Assembly (NCBI GenBank): GCA_964462815.1
Contig: CAYWZI010000001.1
Location: 1 to 55,740 of the forward strand
DNA: 55,740 nucleotides
DNA from: an uncultured Microbacteriaceae bacterium
GTDB lineage: Bacteria; Actinomycetota; Actinomycetes; Actinomycetales; Microbacteriaceae
Direction of reading: 5' to 3'
Part shown: piece after piece, positions 28,383 through 38,690 of the stretch
How positions within the stretch are numbered: the first letter of the stretch is position 1
Layout: the number at the start of each line of letters is the position of its first letter
Made by a program: the position numbers and the translations under genes
The notes under the pieces: generated by a model
Seen by the model: only the letters and a program-made list of their open reading frames with translations
Told to the model about the DNA's origin: nothing
Database searches by the model: none

Positions 28383-28895
28383 CTACAGAGACCGCCCCAG
28401 CCCGCCGGCGCCGTCGCTCGCCTCATGCGCCACAGCACGACTCGAGCGCGCCGGCGTGCCAATCGTGTTGAGCTGGTCCGGCCACGGGTGTGCATTGACC
28501 GGCTCGGTGTAGCCGGTGAGCTTGCTGCCTTCGATGATCGGCCTGCGTGCTTCGTGAGAGCCGGCCGCGTGCGCGACTGCAGCCAGGACGAGCTCGACAT
28601 GGTCTGCGTCCAACCCTGACACTGCGTTGTGCAGCTTGACCGTAAATTCACTGTCGAGCAGAGACAAGGCGATGTTCACTAGCCGCTGCTCACTTCCCGA
28701 CCACGCGCCACTCTTGGCCCACAGCATCTCCGTGTCGATGGCCACCATGCGTTGGCCACCCTCGGGTCCGATCTCCTGCAGCCACGGCGCTTTCTCGCGG
28801 ATCGCCTTGCCCTGGCGGATCAGGAGTTCTGCACCTGCCTCGACCGGGTAAACGCCCTGCGCCCACCGGCGAACCGCGTCCTCAATCTCACTCAT
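28383..28895 (-). CDS. Hypothetical protein
   Basis: 170 aa ORF, ATGA-coupled to the HNH gene, GGAGGGAG RBS. Confidence 0.7.
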   Translation of the reverse strand: MSEIEDAVRRWAQGVYPVEAGAELLIRQGKAIREKAPWLQEIGPEGGQRMVAIDTEMLWAKSGAWSGSEQRLVNIALSLLDSEFTVKLHNAVSGLDADHVELVLAAVAHAAGSHEARRPIIEGSKLTGYTEPVNAHPWPDQLNTIGTPARSSRAVAHEASDGAGGLGRSL

Positions 28896-29314
28896 GCTGC
28901 TCCCTCCTGGCCGGCACTGTGCCTGCTCACCTGCTGACGGTGGACTGCGCGCAGATGTCGCAGTCGTTCGATGACTTTGCGGGACGCGGCAATGTCACGC
29001 ATCTGCGACCAGTGTCTGCTTTCTCGAACTGTCTCGTGCACCAGGTCGTGACAGCTGCGACATAGCGGTGCGAGATCCTCGAACGCTTCCGCGGTCAGTC
29101 GCTCGTAGGTGTGGTGGTGCAGGTCATCGCGCGCCAGCTCCCACTCGCGGCCGCACACCTCACACGCCGGCTCGACGTCGTTGCGCAGCCGGTACTCATC
29201 CACCCACCCCTGGCGGACAGCGCGCCACGCGGCCGAGCTGATGTACGCGGCGTAACGGGCTCGGTACTCCTCCCGCTTGGCAGACCTCTTTGCATGCTTG
29301 TTGAGCTTCCTCAC
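28892..29314 (-). CDS. HNH endonuclease-like zinc-binding protein
   Basis: YISSAAWRAVR, CEVCG, LHHHTYER and DLAPLCRSCH. Confidence 0.75.
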   Translation of the reverse strand: MRKLNKHAKRSAKREEYRARYAAYISSAAWRAVRQGWVDEYRLRNDVEPACEVCGREWELARDDLHHHTYERLTAEAFEDLAPLCRSCHDLVHETVRESRHWSQMRDIAASRKVIERLRHLRAVHRQQVSRHSAGQEGAA

Positions 29315-29323
29315 CGCGCGACA

Positions 29324-31135
29324 CTAACGCTCGTATGCGGCGCGTCGATCGGCGATCTGCGACGTCTTCACGTTCAGCACGTCAGCGTTGACAGCGGCCC
29401 GATCGGCGTAGAGCTCCTTCGCCCACTTCTGCTCCGTGTACGGGTGCAGACGCATTGCAAACGCGGTCTCGCGGAACAACACCGTCGCCCACCCTCGACG
29501 CATCCCACCGATCTGCGCCGCGGTGATGATCGACTCGTCGTGCATCGAATACTGCAACGACGTGCGGCTCTCCCCCGAGGTGAGCGAGCGGGAGGCTTGG
29601 GTGACCTTGTGTTGGCCGATGAGCTTTTCGATCTCTTCCAGATCGCGCGCCTTCGTCCGCCCGGGCAAGAACACTTTCACCAAGCAGTTGGCCATGATCG
29701 CATCCGCCTCATCGGCGCCGTACGCAGCCCTTGCCTGGCTGATGTCTTGGAAGATCGGCACCAACACCAGGCCTGAGCCGGAGAAGTAGCTGAGGATCTT
29801 CGGCAAGTTCGGAATGGCAAAGTTTGCCGCCTCATCCAGCACGAACCATGCCGGCGGGCTCAGTCGCTCCCCCGGCGCGATCGCCGCCAGCTCGAGCGCT
29901 GTGTTGCTGATCTCATCGAACAGCATCACCGCCAGCCGGTTCATGGTCGCATCCCCCGAGACGGTGCCCAGCAGGAACAGGGACTCCTTCTGCTCGAGGA
30001 ACGTCCACGGGTTGAAGCCTTCGCCCACTTCCGGGCACAGCATCTCCTGCACGCGGGCGTAGGAGAGAAAGTTCACACTGGTCAAGGCCGCGTCCCACTT
30101 GTTCGCCCGCGACTCAGCTGGCGCACTCAGCAGTGCCGACAGTGACGAGCCCCAGCCGGGGGCTGCGTCGGGGTGGGACTCCAGAATCTGCACAGCCTCC
30201 CGGGCCGCGTTTTGATCAGACAGCCACCGCCACACATCCCGCATCGACTTACGTCGCCCCTCCTCCGGGAGGGCGGCCGCATGCATGAGCGTTCCGATGA
30301 TCATCTGGGATGCACTCGCCCAGTAGTCGCCGGACTTGGTGTTGGAGAACGTATCTGCTGGCATCATCGCCGACACCCTCCTGCGCACCACCTCATCGGA
30401 TTCACACCCCACCAGTGGGTCCCACCTCACCGCCGAGCCGATACCGGACACCAGTGCCGCAGGGTCAAACACGTGAGGTTTGGAGCCCATGCGCTCACGT
30501 TGCCGTATGGCCAACTTCACGTTGTCTGGGCGAACCGATGTTGTCACCAACGCACCAGGGGCTGCGTGCAGCAGCGGGATCACGAAGTTGGTGCCCTTGC
30601 CCGAGCGGGGCGGGCCGATGATCAGCAGAGTGTCCTCGATCGACATCCACACCTCCACCCCCCGGTAGGAGCCGAGCTTGAAGCCCAACTGCTCAACGGT
30701 CGGCTTTGCAAGGTCAGGGCGCAGGTGCTTCTGCTTCAGCAACGCCTTCTCACCCGCGATCGCTGCGACTGCTCGAGCGGCGGGAAAGCCGGGCATCCGT
30801 TCGGGATTCAGCAACGGGTTCGCGTTTGCCGCAAACGAACGCCATGCCCACACGCCCACACTGCCCAACAGCAGCCAGGTGGCAGTGAACCCCACCCAGT
30901 AGGGAAGCATCGCGCCGGCGATACCGGTGACAGCCTCCACATCCTGAAGCAACAAAATTGCGATCAGCTGCGCCCCCGACAGGCCGGGCACGTCAACACC
31001 TGCCGTGAACGCGGCCAACATGATGCCGGCGAGCTCTGCGACGAGCACTGAGATGGCCACGCCGAGGATCAGCATCGCCAGCTTCACGTTGCCGTCGATA
31101 GGGACGGCACCGTGCGCGGTCGGTGTGGAGCTCAT
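29324..31135 (-). CDS. Type IV coupling protein (VirD4/TraG)
   Basis: N-terminal TM helices, Walker A GPPRSGKGT, WDPLVGC, Walker B VLDEAAN and FQDISQ. Confidence 0.9.
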   Translation of the reverse strand: MSSTPTAHGAVPIDGNVKLAMLILGVAISVLVAELAGIMLAAFTAGVDVPGLSGAQLIAILLLQDVEAVTGIAGAMLPYWVGFTATWLLLGSVGVWAWRSFAANANPLLNPERMPGFPAARAVAAIAGEKALLKQKHLRPDLAKPTVEQLGFKLGSYRGVEVWMSIEDTLLIIGPPRSGKGTNFVIPLLHAAPGALVTTSVRPDNVKLAIRQRERMGSKPHVFDPAALVSGIGSAVRWDPLVGCESDEVVRRRVSAMMPADTFSNTKSGDYWASASQMIIGTLMHAAALPEEGRRKSMRDVWRWLSDQNAAREAVQILESHPDAAPGWGSSLSALLSAPAESRANKWDAALTSVNFLSYARVQEMLCPEVGEGFNPWTFLEQKESLFLLGTVSGDATMNRLAVMLFDEISNTALELAAIAPGERLSPPAWFVLDEAANFAIPNLPKILSYFSGSGLVLVPIFQDISQARAAYGADEADAIMANCLVKVFLPGRTKARDLEEIEKLIGQHKVTQASRSLTSGESRTSLQYSMHDESIITAAQIGGMRRGWATVLFRETAFAMRLHPYTEQKWAKELYADRAAVNADVLNVKTSQIADRRAAYER

Positions 31136-31749
31136 CGGCTTACTCCCTTACTGTCATCCGGGCTTGGCCCCTCGTGTGCGATTGCCCGGTACGGGGATGC
31201 GTCGAGGTCTCGATGTGGCCGGCGCCGACCAAGGCCGCCGCCGGTGACAACCGTGTGTGTGGCTTGCGCGGCGAGCAGGTTAGCCATGTCCACCACTTCG
31301 CCGAGCTGCTCCGACGTCGCTGGGGCGACCTGCTGCCACTGTCCGGAGGCGAGTCCTGCGCGAACTTGCTTCCGAAGCGCTGCAATGGTGTCTACCGCCG
31401 CCACCGCGATCGCGGCCGCCTCGGCCAAATCCATCTCGTCCTCTCGCGCCTCCATCACGGTTAGCGCCAAATCGCACAGGCTCGAGATGTATTCGCCTCG
31501 AGACGCAGGAGCAACACTGCCTACGCCCGCCGAAAGCCATGAAGCGAGGACCGTCATCCGCGCTGATACCAAGCGCGCCATCGCCGCAGCCTCCGCATCC
31601 CCCACGACGTCGGCGACGCGGCTGAAGGATGCAATCGTGTCCCCCAGACGCTGGACGATGTAGGCCAGTTGTGCAGGGGCGGCAGGAGTCGCTTGCAGAA
31701 GCTCGCGTTTAGCGATCGCCAACGACTGCCCCGGGTGCTCAAGATTCAC
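31132..31749 (-). CDS. Hypothetical alpha-helical protein in the tra operon
   Basis: GTG 31749 overlaps the upstream stop; its own stop overlaps the VirD4 ATG. Confidence 0.55.
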   Translation of the reverse strand: MNLEHPGQSLAIAKRELLQATPAAPAQLAYIVQRLGDTIASFSRVADVVGDAEAAAMARLVSARMTVLASWLSAGVGSVAPASRGEYISSLCDLALTVMEAREDEMDLAEAAAIAVAAVDTIAALRKQVRAGLASGQWQQVAPATSEQLGEVVDMANLLAAQATHTVVTGGGLGRRRPHRDLDASPYRAIAHEGPSPDDSKGVSR

Positions 31750-32102
31750 CGTGTACTTCGCCCCAGCGCAAAGCTCATGGTCGCCTCCCGGGCCGCCGTT
31801 TGCACATCCAGCACCAGTTGCGTCCACACCCGCGGCCGCACCCCTTCAGGTGCAGGCGTTTCCGACAAAAGCCGTGCCGCCTTCGCCAACTCGAGCGTGA
31901 CCGCCCCCGCCGGCCTGTCTGGGGGCCTCAGCAGGCCGGTGTGGCCAGCGCCTGCCGCAATTGTCACCAGTTGGGCGCACAAGCCACTGAATCTCACCGC
32001 GGCTGTTTGCCACGCTTCGGAGCGTTCAGTCCGGGCAGTGGTGCGTGCCGCGGCCGCGGCCGCGTCGAGGCAGTGGATGGTGGCCACTATTTGCGGGATC
32101 AC
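31746..32102 (-). CDS. Hypothetical protein in the tra operon
   Basis: Abuts the VirB4 stop and fills the operon gap. Confidence 0.5.
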   Translation of the reverse strand: MIPQIVATIHCLDAAAAAARTTARTERSEAWQTAAVRFSGLCAQLVTIAAGAGHTGLLRPPDRPAGAVTLELAKAARLLSETPAPEGVRPRVWTQLVLDVQTAAREATMSFALGRSTR

Positions 32103-33878
32103 CTACGACACCGCCGACTTCAGAGCCACGCCGCACCGAATGCAGAACCGATGCGCACGAGCAGGGATGAATCCGCAACTTCCGCACGGGACGCTAAGCA
32201 CCAGCTGCGGCCCTTGCTCATCCGCCTCCGCCATCAGCCGCAGGGCCCGTCGCTGCGTGAACGACAGCGGCGCGGAACGGACCGCTGGCTCGGCCGCGGC
32301 CGCTCGATCATCAGTTACCCGTTCACCCGCCGGCGTTTCGGAGCCGACTTCGTGCGCCTCGGTGAGCGACGGTTCCTTTAGGAGCGTCTCGACGCGGGCG
32401 ACGCCTGCCGGTTGTGCCGAGAAGGCATCGTCGGTAGAGAACAGGTCTCGCTCGACGGCCACGGAGGTGGCGAATGCGTCGACGACGAATGCGCGTCGGG
32501 AACCCAGTCGTGCAAGGAAGACGCCTTGCGGCAGATCCATCACCATGCGCGCGTGCGACAGGGGTAGGCCTAAGTCTTTGACCAGGCGGCCTTGCTCTGC
32601 CGCGGCCTGCTGAAAGATGAACTTGTTGGAAATGTCAGCAAAGATCGAATACGCCAAGCTCCGCGCCTCGGAGCCTTCAGCTCCCACTGCGTCGAAGTCG
32701 CTCACCTTGTGCATGAGAGTCACCACCGAGATGCCGTAGTCGCGGGACAGTTTCAGCCACGCACGGAACGCCTGCAGGGCTGCGACGCTCGTCATGTCGC
32801 GCCAGCCCTCCTCCCGCACTAGGTAACGAGTGCGTCGGGCGTACTTGTTCGAGATGACGGCCTGAATCCAGTTGGTGGTGCAGATCTGCGCACAGGTCGC
32901 CGCGAGCTCGCCTCTGGCGAACAGCGCTGAGGTGTCAACGACCACCATTGGCGCGTCGTCGTCGAGTGTCACCGTTGAGGCGTCTTCGAACAGGCCCGCC
33001 AGGTCTCCCTCGCAGAAGCGGCGCAACACGTGGCGGGCGCGGGCTCCATCTTCCTCGATGCCGGCGACGTAGCTGGAATGGTGTCGGTCGGGGCTCTTTA
33101 GTTGCGCATACACGGCCCGCAATGTGGGCTCATCCCGCGTCGCTTCGATCGCACACGCCAGAGCGAACTCCACTGCCGTGTGCTCTGCTGGCGTCAAAAG
33201 CGAATCGGCCGGGAGGGTTGCTTGCACCAGCGACACCAGCACTGCTCGCCTACGGGAGGCAACCATGACCTCGTGCTCGTCGTCGCTTGCCTCCGCCGCT
33301 CGAGGGCCCCGGTCCAGAGGGTTCAGGCGTGCCGCGGTGTGTTTACCGCCCAGACGAATCACCTGCCCGCCTGCAGCTTCCGCAACCTTCACCCACTCGC
33401 CCTTTGAATCCGAGGGGACGACCACTTGGCGGCCAAAGACCAGTGAGCGGAAGCACAACTGCTTGATTGTGCCGGACTTGCCCGTACCGAACTCGCCAAT
33501 GACGAGCACATTGGTGGAGTTGATCTGCTTGGACGCGTAGAGCTCCCACGGGTCGAAATGCCAGATGCCGCCAGTGGTGGCGTTCAACCCCAGAATGGGA
33601 CCGGCGTGGCCAAGGTCTGCGTCGGCGACGAATGGCACCGCGCCGGCCAAGTTCGGGCTCGTAGCCCGATGCGCCGGTTGCGCGATCTGTAGAGGATTCC
33701 AGTACGTGCCGGCCGCGGTCGCTCCGGCGAAATCGACCGGGGCGACTAGCCCCGCGCTAGGCGCTTCCTCCCGCTGACGATGAGACGTGTCCGCTCGACG
33801 CAGTTGCGCCTCAGCACGCCGTCGTGCGGTGCGCTCTGCGCGAGTCTCCCCTGCAGGCTTTGCCGACAGCATGCTCAC
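32103..33878 (-). CDS. VirB4-like conjugation ATPase
   Basis: IGEFGTGKS, DSKGEW, LNPLD, VREEGW and LSRDYG; C-terminal CxxC...CxxC ribbon. Confidence 0.88.
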   Translation of the reverse strand: MSMLSAKPAGETRAERTARRRAEAQLRRADTSHRQREEAPSAGLVAPVDFAGATAAGTYWNPLQIAQPAHRATSPNLAGAVPFVADADLGHAGPILGLNATTGGIWHFDPWELYASKQINSTNVLVIGEFGTGKSGTIKQLCFRSLVFGRQVVVPSDSKGEWVKVAEAAGGQVIRLGGKHTAARLNPLDRGPRAAEASDDEHEVMVASRRRAVLVSLVQATLPADSLLTPAEHTAVEFALACAIEATRDEPTLRAVYAQLKSPDRHHSSYVAGIEEDGARARHVLRRFCEGDLAGLFEDASTVTLDDDAPMVVVDTSALFARGELAATCAQICTTNWIQAVISNKYARRTRYLVREEGWRDMTSVAALQAFRAWLKLSRDYGISVVTLMHKVSDFDAVGAEGSEARSLAYSIFADISNKFIFQQAAAEQGRLVKDLGLPLSHARMVMDLPQGVFLARLGSRRAFVVDAFATSVAVERDLFSTDDAFSAQPAGVARVETLLKEPSLTEAHEVGSETPAGERVTDDRAAAAEPAVRSAPLSFTQRRALRLMAEADEQGPQLVLSVPCGSCGFIPARAHRFCIRCGVALKSAVS

Positions 33879-35371
33879 TTCAGACCCCCACCTGTTGGGA
33901 GGGCGTTCAGCATGAGCGCCTCCGCCTGCTGGAAATACAGAACCTGCGGCTCCAGGGATGCTTGTGCGAGCCCGTTGCGGATTCCCGCCACCGCACCGTT
34001 GAGTGCTTGCTCGTCTGAGGCTGAGACAGTCAAGTAGCCGGCGAAGCGGAACTCGCCATGGCCTGACACAACCTCCTGCTCGCGTTCCCTGATCGCCTCG
34101 AACTCAAAGTTGTCCAGCTCCGAGATCTGCTGGCCACGCTTCTGGCGAAGCGAAGCGTTGGTCATCCACGTCTTCTTCTGCCGCTCAATCTCCCGAAGTG
34201 CTGCCCGCGTTTTCACCGGCTCGCAGACGAGAGAGAAAATGTGGCTGACAGCCTGTGCCATGTCGGCCCGTTGTGCGAACACAACCGGCTGCATGAAGCC
34301 GGGCGCAGTGTCTGTGCGCGGCCACTCGTGAATCCACATGGTGGTGTGCACCGCGGAATCTGTGCGGACCAGGCCTGGCTTGTCCACTGGCTCCTCCAGC
34401 GCCATCGGACCGATCGCGGCCACATCCACGCCCGCGCCGCCGCCTGTGCGCTGCTCCACCTCAGCGGCATACTCCGGATCGAACGCCACGCGCCCCAAGC
34501 CCACCCACTGGCGTGGGGTAAGCCAACGCCGGACGCGGAAGCCCGACTTTTCCACCGCGTCAGTGATCGCCGACAGTTCCAACTCCGCAATCGCCACTGC
34601 TGCTGCCTGGCCACCGCCGAGGCTTTTCACTTCTGCAGTGCGAGCCCTCAGCGAAATAGCGATCGTCAGATAGTTCTGATGCGCCACCGCTTGATCGCGC
34701 AACTGCTCCAAGACTCCCTCATAGGCCGTCATCACAATCGTTGCGCCCTCGGGCAGAGAGTGCCGCGTCTTCGCCGCGGCGAAGCTCCGCTCGGCTGGGT
34801 CGAGCGACGCCGGCGCGGTGCGCTCCTGCATCACTACGCGCGCAATCCCGTCGCGTTGGGTGAAGGAGGCCAACGCTCTAGACCACGACGCCACCACTTG
34901 AGCTTGCTCGTCGTCGTCGAGCAGCAGGAAGCCGTGGACGTCGATCTCGGCGGTGATCGACACGGTTCGCTCGAACGGATCCATCACTACCGCAGCCCCT
35001 GATGTGGGCCCCTCCCACACTGCCAACCCCGCCCGCCTACCGGGAAGGTGAAGCGCACCGTGCGCCCGCGGCGCTTCGGGACGGAAGCGGTACTTCGTTC
35101 CTCCGCTGAAATGCCTGAACATGAACACTCCCCACTGCATCAAATACACCGGCAGGGGCACACGGTGAACGTGTAGCAACCCCACGACCATCAACGGGAA
35201 CCACAGCAGCGCCGACATCGCCGCCCCTGGTACACCGAACCGCATAAGCGACGCCAGCAAAACCAACGTCGCTATCGCGAGCGTCACCAGGTTCGACATG
35301 CCCAGCCCGAACAGAATCCCCTGGGTCGCTAGTGGGCCAAAGCGCACACTGCGCAACGAAGACATGCTCAT
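33875..35371 (-). CDS. SCO6880/PrgI-like conjugation membrane protein
   Basis: Two N-terminal TM helices; RTDSAVHTTMWIHEWPR, GHGEFRFAGYLTVSA and QQAEA...ALP. Confidence 0.8.
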   Translation of the reverse strand: MSMSSLRSVRFGPLATQGILFGLGMSNLVTLAIATLVLLASLMRFGVPGAAMSALLWFPLMVVGLLHVHRVPLPVYLMQWGVFMFRHFSGGTKYRFRPEAPRAHGALHLPGRRAGLAVWEGPTSGAAVVMDPFERTVSITAEIDVHGFLLLDDDEQAQVVASWSRALASFTQRDGIARVVMQERTAPASLDPAERSFAAAKTRHSLPEGATIVMTAYEGVLEQLRDQAVAHQNYLTIAISLRARTAEVKSLGGGQAAAVAIAELELSAITDAVEKSGFRVRRWLTPRQWVGLGRVAFDPEYAAEVEQRTGGGAGVDVAAIGPMALEEPVDKPGLVRTDSAVHTTMWIHEWPRTDTAPGFMQPVVFAQRADMAQAVSHIFSLVCEPVKTRAALREIERQKKTWMTNASLRQKRGQQISELDNFEFEAIREREQEVVSGHGEFRFAGYLTVSASDEQALNGAVAGIRNGLAQASLEPQVLYFQQAEALMLNALPTGGGLK

Positions 35372-35381
35372 CCGCGGACCC

Positions 35382-36845
35382 TCACCCGCCAGGTTTCGGC
35401 ATCGGCGGAGCCACGTGCGGTTCCGTCGGTTTCGGCATCGACGGAACTCCTGTGCCTGCCCCGGAGGCAGCAGGCGAGCGGGTTATCGGCTGAGGACGTG
35501 GAGTAGCACCGCCACCCGACGACGTCCCAGATCCGTCCTCGCGTTTACGCGGTCGAGACCGGATGTGGTAGCCCGCATTGCGTGCAGCTGACTGCCCACC
35601 CCGAGTGACGCTCCCCGAAACGGCACGCCCGGCGCCCTCAGCCGAGGATGCTGCCTGCGTACCCACGAAGTCGAACAGGGTAAACGCAACGAGTGGCATG
35701 AACGCCGTCAGGATGATGCCAAACAACAGTGGCAGCGCTTCCGGCACCCATAGTGACTCCATCTCCCCGCCAGTGGTCAGAATCAGTGCCAGCAAGCCCA
35801 TCGTCAACGGTTTCGTGATGATCAGTGCCAGCACGGCTGACGCCCACACGGTGATGATCCGCACCCCCGGCCGGACCGGCGCGAGCATGAATGCAAGCGG
35901 GGCGAACGCAACCAGCACCATTAGGGCCAAATTGCGGAACGCGAACACGAAGGTCAGCACAAAGCTTCCCAGGGCAAGAATCAGCGACGACCACACCACC
36001 GCCGTCTGCTCGTCGTAAGTGCCTGAGTTGGCAAGTTCCGCCAGCTGCGCGTCGAAACTTCCCGATGAGTTCGCGCCCATCACCGCCTGAGTGAGTAGCT
36101 CGCTGACGTTCAGGAGGTGGCCGAGCGTCCACACCGACAGTTCCGCCGCCGGCCAAGCGAGGATGCCACCGATGACCGCGGAGCGCACCATTGGTCCGTC
36201 CTGCTTCAGTAGCCCCAACGTGATGCCCCACGCCATCGCCACCACGGTCACCAGCAATACAGCCCACCGCCACCAGGAGAACTCCGTCGTCGCGCCCACC
36301 CAGAATGCGCCATCGGTGGTGAAGGCGGTGTTGTTCATCGCCCCCCGGATGTTCTCCAACGCCATCTGCGTGGTGCTGATGGCGATGTCTTGTTGCAGCT
36401 TGCACGCCACATCCGGCCCACATTGAAAGTCGATCCCCACCCGAGGAGCGCCGGCCGCCTCTGAGTCGAGATAGTCCTTCATTGCCGTGCCGGTCACACA
36501 CAACCGGAAGCCGCTGAAGGTCGCGGTCATCCCCGACGGCCAAGCTACGCACTCCAAATTCTCTGCTGCCGCATAATCTGCCCCGGTGCAGGCGAGTACC
36601 GACACCTGCCCGAAGCACTCCGCCACGACCGGTCCCGATTCCTCTTGTGTGACGCAGTAGATGGTCCGCGCCGGCCCATTGCGCCAACACTCCACACCAT
36701 CGGTGGACGTGCCCGTCCCCTCCCACACCTCGACTGCATCAAGGGAGTAGGACGGAGCCGCGTCCGGTGGGAGCGCCACTGCGGCGCTCGCGCCCCCCAG
36801 CGCGAGCGCCGCCGTCAGCAGCAAAGTTGCGAGTACTCCCTTCAC
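35382..36845 (-). CDS. VirB6/TrbL-like polytopic conjugation protein with Cys-rich extracellular N-terminus
   Basis: Signal peptide, Cys-rich segment, multiple TM helices (LVAFAPLAF) and a Pro-rich tail; located in the tra cluster. Confidence 0.7.
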   Translation of the reverse strand: MKGVLATLLLTAALALGGASAAVALPPDAAPSYSLDAVEVWEGTGTSTDGVECWRNGPARTIYCVTQEESGPVVAECFGQVSVLACTGADYAAAENLECVAWPSGMTATFSGFRLCVTGTAMKDYLDSEAAGAPRVGIDFQCGPDVACKLQQDIAISTTQMALENIRGAMNNTAFTTDGAFWVGATTEFSWWRWAVLLVTVVAMAWGITLGLLKQDGPMVRSAVIGGILAWPAAELSVWTLGHLLNVSELLTQAVMGANSSGSFDAQLAELANSGTYDEQTAVVWSSLILALGSFVLTFVFAFRNLALMVLVAFAPLAFMLAPVRPGVRIITVWASAVLALIITKPLTMGLLALILTTGGEMESLWVPEALPLLFGIILTAFMPLVAFTLFDFVGTQAASSAEGAGRAVSGSVTRGGQSAARNAGYHIRSRPRKREDGSGTSSGGGATPRPQPITRSPAASGAGTGVPSMPKPTEPHVAPPMPKPGG

Positions 36846-36847
36846 GC

Positions 36848-37165
36848 CTACGCAAGCCCCAGATCGAAGCCCCAGAAAAAGCCCACCACCGCCGACGCAC
36901 TGGCCAGCAATATGACGCCGACCACCACGCGCAGCAGATTCGCCGCTGCCGACTGCTGATACGACTGGTTGCCGAAGCCTTGAAAGATCACACCGATCAA
37001 GCAGTACGCCAAAGCCACGATCGACAACAGAGCAGCAGCGGCCAGGAACCACGACACGAGCTGTTGCAAGCCAACGAAGAACGGTGCCGAGAAGTCCGGC
37101 TGTACGTCAGGGATAGAAACCGTAGCGACCTGCAATGCCGCCTCGAGCACCAACACCGAGTCCAT
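36848..37165 (-). CDS. VirB2/pilin-like small membrane protein
   Basis: 105 aa, two TM helices, PDFSAPF motif; upstream of the VirB6-like gene. Confidence 0.6.
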   Translation of the reverse strand: MDSVLVLEAALQVATVSIPDVQPDFSAPFFVGLQQLVSWFLAAAALLSIVALAYCLIGVIFQGFGNQSYQQSAAANLLRVVVGVILLASASAVVGFFWGFDLGLA

Positions 37166-37245
37166 CGAAGACCCTCACTTCCGAACGCATCATCTAAATG
37201 GCCGCGGAATGCGGTCACCACTAGATGACGGCCGCGCGCAAAGCG

Positions 37246-37977
37246 TTAGTTCTGCAGCAGCTCGCAGTCGGCGACCTCGAGCGCGCCGTAAGTGGCCAGG
37301 AAGGGCACCGGGTCCACCCGCTTGCCTTCCACCCACGTCTCGAAGTGCAAGTGGGGGCCGGTGGAGGTGCCCGCATTGCCGACGGTGCCGATCACATCCC
37401 CAGCAGCGACTTCCTGACCGGGGACGACGAAGATTCCCGTCGTCCACGAGTGCATGTAAATCGTGCGGATCTTCACCCCGTCCAAGTCGCGGGAGTTGAC
37501 TGCGATGTAGTTGTCTCCCGAAAGCGGATAGACAACATCGGCCACTATGCCGTCCATGATCGACAGAATCGGCGTGCCGTCTGCCGCCCCGAAGTCTGTG
37601 CCGTTGTGCATTCGCGAGACGTTGTGAACCGGGTGGACTCGCATCCCGTAGGGGGATGTCATCACCCAGGTCCCAGCAGGTAGCGGGAACACCACAGTGC
37701 CGTTGTCCATCTGCGCGCCCTCGGCAGCCTCCAAACAGCTCGTCGCCAGGGGTCGCAGCAGTGAGGCGAGTGCCGCCTGACTTGCCACCGCCATGAACGG
37801 GGCGACGATGATCGGCATCATCAGCATGATGCCGATGAACGGCGCTACGAATTGCTTGACGAACTTCCGCAGCTGAGGCGAGATTTGCCAGGCAATGTTC
37901 GCCGCCGTACCGGCGCTCATCCCCGCACCCGCGCCTGCGGCGACAACCGGAGCAGCAGCAACTACCGGAGCGGGCAT
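37246..37977 (-). CDS. M23 family peptidoglycan peptidase
   Basis: HNGTDFGA, YMH and GNAGTSTGPHLHFE; N-terminal TM. Confidence 0.9.
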   Translation of the reverse strand: MPAPVVAAAPVVAAGAGAGMSAGTAANIAWQISPQLRKFVKQFVAPFIGIMLMMPIIVAPFMAVASQAALASLLRPLATSCLEAAEGAQMDNGTVVFPLPAGTWVMTSPYGMRVHPVHNVSRMHNGTDFGAADGTPILSIMDGIVADVVYPLSGDNYIAVNSRDLDGVKIRTIYMHSWTTGIFVVPGQEVAAGDVIGTVGNAGTSTGPHLHFETWVEGKRVDPVPFLATYGALEVADCELLQN

Positions 37978-38690
37978 CAGATCATGAACTCTTGGCGGTA
38001 ATTGACTACGACGCAGTTGCTTGTTGGTCGTGAGTCAATGATGTTCTGCCCGCAGTGAATCTCTGCCGTAACGGTGACGTTCTCCACAAGGGTGCGACGG
38101 CTGAGATCGTCATTAGTGAACTCGTACGTCACCACAAGGTCCGTCGTCACGATGTTCAGCCCATCGTTCTCGAGAAAGGCGTCATCGCCGCCGCCCCAGT
38201 CTCGGTGGTCGTCGTTGATTCGCGGCTCACCCACGACTACGGCACTGACACGAATCTGCCGTTCGGACTGCTCTCGGTACGTTTCCTCTTTCGGGAACGC
38301 CGACCACCAAATCAGCTCGTCCTGATCGGCGTGACCGAAGCGAGGAATGACCGGCTCAAAGTCGAAGTTCATGAGCCACGCCTTCATCCCGGCGGTCGCC
38401 TGGCCGTAGTTCGCCTCGCGGGTGTCGTACGTGTATAGGGCCGCGGCGGCCAACGGGCCGAATATGGCCGGGTCCTCCGTGATCGGAGGGGTCAGCATCC
38501 CCCACTCGTCCAGGTTCGCGGCCCGTTGGCCATCGACGACTCCCACCTCGGCCAACGCCGCGTCAGTGTCGTCGGTGACGGCAAACACGTTTACCAGCAC
38601 CACCACTGCTAGAAGTAGCAGCACCAGTACGCCGCCGACAAGGCCCGCTATTCGTAGCCGGCCCCAAGTGATGTTGTTCACAGCGCTCAT
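37977..38690 (-). CDS. Bitopic membrane protein of the tra cluster
   Basis: One N-terminal TM and an extracytoplasmic domain; translationally coupled. Confidence 0.65.
   Translation of the reverse strand: MSAVNNITWGRLRIAGLVGGVLVLLLLAVVVLVNVFAVTDDTDAALAEVGVVDGQRAANLDEWGMLTPPITEDPAIFGPLAAAALYTYDTREANYGQATAGMKAWLMNFDFEPVIPRFGHADQDELIWWSAFPKEETYREQSERQIRVSAVVVGEPRINDDHRDWGGGDDAFLENDGLNIVTTDLVVTYEFTNDDLSRRTLVENVTVTAEIHCGQNIIDSRPTSNCVVVNYRQEFMI

Noticed and set aside
31132..32102. Possible frameshifted single gene
   Set aside because: A GTGA start/stop overlap at 31746-31749 explains it as two coupled genes.
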